64,000 nucleotides of DNA, taken from Vulcanimicrobiota bacterium (GTDB taxonomy: Bacteria > Vulcanimicrobiota > Vulcanimicrobiia > Vulcanimicrobiales > Vulcanimicrobiaceae). Location of the stretch: positions 1 to 64,000 of the forward strand of contig CAWGBN010000005.1 in NCBI GenBank assembly GCA_963820825.1, read 5' to 3'. How positions within the stretch are numbered: position 1 is the stretch's first letter; the number at the start of each line of letters is the position of its first letter. The notes beneath the pieces are model-generated. The model saw only the letters and a list, made by a program, of their open reading frames with translations, ran no database searches and was not told the DNA's origin. Both the position numbers and the translations under genes were made by a program. Shown here piece after piece: positions 61,797-64,000 of the stretch.

Positions 61797-62795
61797 ATGG
61801 CGCGTTTTCCCGCGGCTTACGTCTATGGAACGGCTCTCGCCTCGCTGTTGACGGGATGCGGCAGCGGCACGCCGGCCTCCCTCGCGCCGCCGAGTCAAAG
61901 CGCGCTTGCCACGAGACCGGCGGCGCACTCAGCGAGGCCGTTTACCGGCCGGTCGTGGATCTTGCCGGGTGCGAAGAGCACGGCGTTGGTGTACGTTGCC
62001 GACGATGGCGCGTCTACCGTGAGTATCTACTCCGATCCCGCATGGCAGCCACTCGGCGCGCTGCTCGGCTTCAACGAACCGTGGCACCTATGCCTCGACG
62101 CGGCGCAGGACGTGTACGTCGTCGATCTCGGAACGAAGCTCATCACCGAGTACGCGCACGGCAGCGTTGCGCCGGTGCAGACGTTCGACGACAGCCAAGG
62201 GGAGCCGATCGCTTGCGCCGTCAACCCCGTCACCGGGGACCTCGCCGTCGCGGACGTCAACGGGCCGAACGATGCTCCGGGCGACGTCGTCGTCTATCAC
62301 AGCGCCAAACGAAGTCCGAGAAAATATACGGTACCGGGGTTCTACAACTACTTCAGGGTCGCGTATGACCCAAGTGGAAACCTCATCGCCGAAGGGAGCG
62401 ACAAATTTATCTATCAATCGTATCTAGCGGAGCTTCCAAATGGTGGACGCGCGTTCGAACCGCTCACGCTCGATCAGAACATCGCGTGGGGCGACCTTGC
62501 CTGGGATGGCAGGTTTATGACGGTTGCCTACTCGCAAGGCGAGAGTACCTTCATTTATCGGCTCAAGATCTCCGGGTCGAACGTCACCGTCAAAGACTCG
62601 ACGTTCTTATCCAATGCCGAGCTGAATTCGACGTTCTTCGAGGAGAGCAACTCGAAGACTCCCCACGCGATCGGCGTCGTTGGAACCAACGGCGAGGCGG
62701 GCACCGTCGGTGAGTGGGATTATCCGGCGGGCGGCGCACCAAACGTAACCATCAGCGGTTTCGACTACCCCGACGGCGTGGTCGTGAGCCAATGA
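61797..62795 (+). CDS. Lipoprotein with NHL/beta-propeller-like repeats
   Basis: LLTGC lipobox, RSWILPGAK...LVYVAD, repeated P..(L/C)..D...D.YV units; GAGGAG SD. Confidence 0.8.
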   Translation: MARFPAAYVYGTALASLLTGCGSGTPASLAPPSQSALATRPAAHSARPFTGRSWILPGAKSTALVYVADDGASTVSIYSDPAWQPLGALLGFNEPWHLCLDAAQDVYVVDLGTKLITEYAHGSVAPVQTFDDSQGEPIACAVNPVTGDLAVADVNGPNDAPGDVVVYHSAKRSPRKYTVPGFYNYFRVAYDPSGNLIAEGSDKFIYQSYLAELPNGGRAFEPLTLDQNIAWGDLAWDGRFMTVAYSQGESTFIYRLKISGSNVTVKDSTFLSNAELNSTFFEESNSKTPHAIGVVGTNGEAGTVGEWDYPAGGAPNVTISGFDYPDGVVVSQ

Positions 62796-62822
62796 GCGCT
62801 GTAGCCGAATCCATTTGACCGT

Positions 62823-64000
62823 ATGAAGGCGTGGCGCGGCGTTCTGCTCGCGACGCTCGCGCTACTCGCGATCGCAGCCATCCGCGATCTCGTGCGTATC
62901 GGCGACGCCCTGCCCTGGCACAACATGTATGACTTCGCCGATTTTTATTGCGCCGGAACGGCCATCGATCGCGGTGCCGATCCCTATCGCTACGAACCGC
63001 TTCACACCTGCGAGCATCGCGTCAACACCGGCGACGCGTATCGCAACGACCCGCGGCGCACGATTCCGGCGCCGTTACCGCCCTACGATTTTCCGCCGCT
63101 CGCACTCTCCGCGCGCCTGAGCTTCGCAGACGCGCGAATCGTCGGTGCGGCCCTGATCGTTATCGCAATCGCCGCCGCGATCGCTGGGCTCGCGCTGACG
63201 GGGATTCCGCTCGGCGTTGCCGCGCTCGCGCTGGTGCTGCCTGCGGGGTTCGTGCTGCTCAACGCCGGACAGGTCGTTCCATTCGCACTCGTTGCGTCGG
63301 TCTTCACCGGCCTCGCCCTCGCCCGGGGGCGCGCGCCGCTCGCCGGCATCGTCGCGGCCTTCACGCTGATCGAGCCGCATCTCGGGCTGCCGGTCTGCGC
63401 CGCACTCTTATGCTGGGTGCCGCGAAGCCGCATCGCCCTCGTTGCGACGATGCTCGCGCTGGCCGGCATCGGTGTGCTCACCGTCGGGGCGGCGGCGACG
63501 CTCGAGTACGTCGGCTCGGTACTTCCGGCGCAGGCCGCAGCGGAGACCTCCTACGCCTATCAGTACAGCTTCACGTACCTGCTGCGGATTCTCGGCGTCC
63601 CGGTTTCGGCGGCGCTGCTCGCCGGTGAGTTTTCGTACGCCCTTCTGCTGCTCGCCGGCGTATGGCTCGGCGGACGAACCGCGAACGCGCTGCGGCGGCC
63701 GGAGTTGGTGGCGTACGTGCCGGGCGCGTGCAGCGTGATCGCAGGACCGTACGTCCACATGGTCGATCTTTCGTTTGCAATTCCCGCGGCGCTGGTCTTC
63801 GCCGGTGCGTTGAGCGGCCGGCCCAAACAGGTCGCAGTTGCGGTGCTCGTGCTGCTTGCGATTCCTTGGATTCCGGTCTGGATCACGAAGAAACTCTTCC
63901 TCGCGACGCTCTTCGTCGTTGCCGCACTGCTGGCGCGTCTGCGCCCCGGCCTCGCGGTTTCAACGGTCATCTTTGGCGCCGTCGCCGCCGGGATCTATCT
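62823..64000 (+). CDS. Polytopic membrane protein, GT87/DUF2029-like glycosyltransferase (runs off the window end)
   Basis: TM1 then DFADFYCAG, DPY, PLPPY, GQVVP, IEPH and many TM segments; no stop before 64000. Confidence 0.7.
   Translation, partial: MKAWRGVLLATLALLAIAAIRDLVRIGDALPWHNMYDFADFYCAGTAIDRGADPYRYEPLHTCEHRVNTGDAYRNDPRRTIPAPLPPYDFPPLALSARLSFADARIVGAALIVIAIAAAIAGLALTGIPLGVAALALVLPAGFVLLNAGQVVPFALVASVFTGLALARGRAPLAGIVAAFTLIEPHLGLPVCAALLCWVPRSRIALVATMLALAGIGVLTVGAAATLEYVGSVLPAQAAAETSYAYQYSFTYLLRILGVPVSAALLAGEFSYALLLLAGVWLGGRTANALRRPELVAYVPGACSVIAGPYVHMVDLSFAIPAALVFAGALSGRPKQVAVAVLVLLAIPWIPVWITKKLFLATLFVVAALLARLRPGLAVSTVIFGAVAAGIY

Noticed and set aside
1..64000. CRISPR array, rRNA, transposase or defence-system genes
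   Set aside because: No regularly spaced repeats or recognisable motifs found by eye.

Overview
High-GC, gene-dense bacterial core-chromosome segment with about 60 genes and 3 tRNAs. I found no CRISPR array, prophage or transposase. The gene mix (Firmicutes/Actinobacteria-like cdaA-cdaR-glmM, PASTA kinase, SigB/F-type sigma, RqcH, plus an Mla system whose MlaD ends in an outer-membrane beta-signal) suggests a diderm Terrabacterium, possibly Eremiobacterota/Vulcanimicrobiota; this is inference only. Left part, almost all + strand: tRNA-Leu, tRNA-Gly, tig-clpP-clpX, valS-pyrR-pyrB-pyrC-carA, a MoxR/DUF58/vWA cassette, pdxH, carB, pbpA-pknB-ruvCAB-spoIID-like-queA, gmk-rpoZ-glmS-rph-mlaEFD-panE. 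Right part, mostly - strand: mdh, S8/S53 peptidase, tRNA-Gln, NlpC/P60, glmM-cdaR-cdaA, priA-aroB-aroK-aroC-sigma factor. Many essential genes carry frameshifts, densest at about 2.5-14.7 kb, which look like long-read indel errors rather than pseudogenes. Main non-obvious signals: (1) a near-palindromic 11-6-11 dif-like site overlapping the start codon of the only Xer recombinase in the window, near where gene orientation flips (candidate single-recombinase Xer/dif system at the terminus); (2) a c-di-AMP (ydaO) riboswitch in front of a cell-wall hydrolase immediately downstream of the c-di-AMP synthase operon; (3) a tRNA-Gln trailer holding an antisense copy and a 35-bp direct copy of the tRNA anticodon region capped by a REP-like motif; (4) a MITE-like hairpin between two tRNAs; (5) a trans-envelope-type MlaD; (6) two genes that appear to need CTG starts coupled to upstream stop codons.
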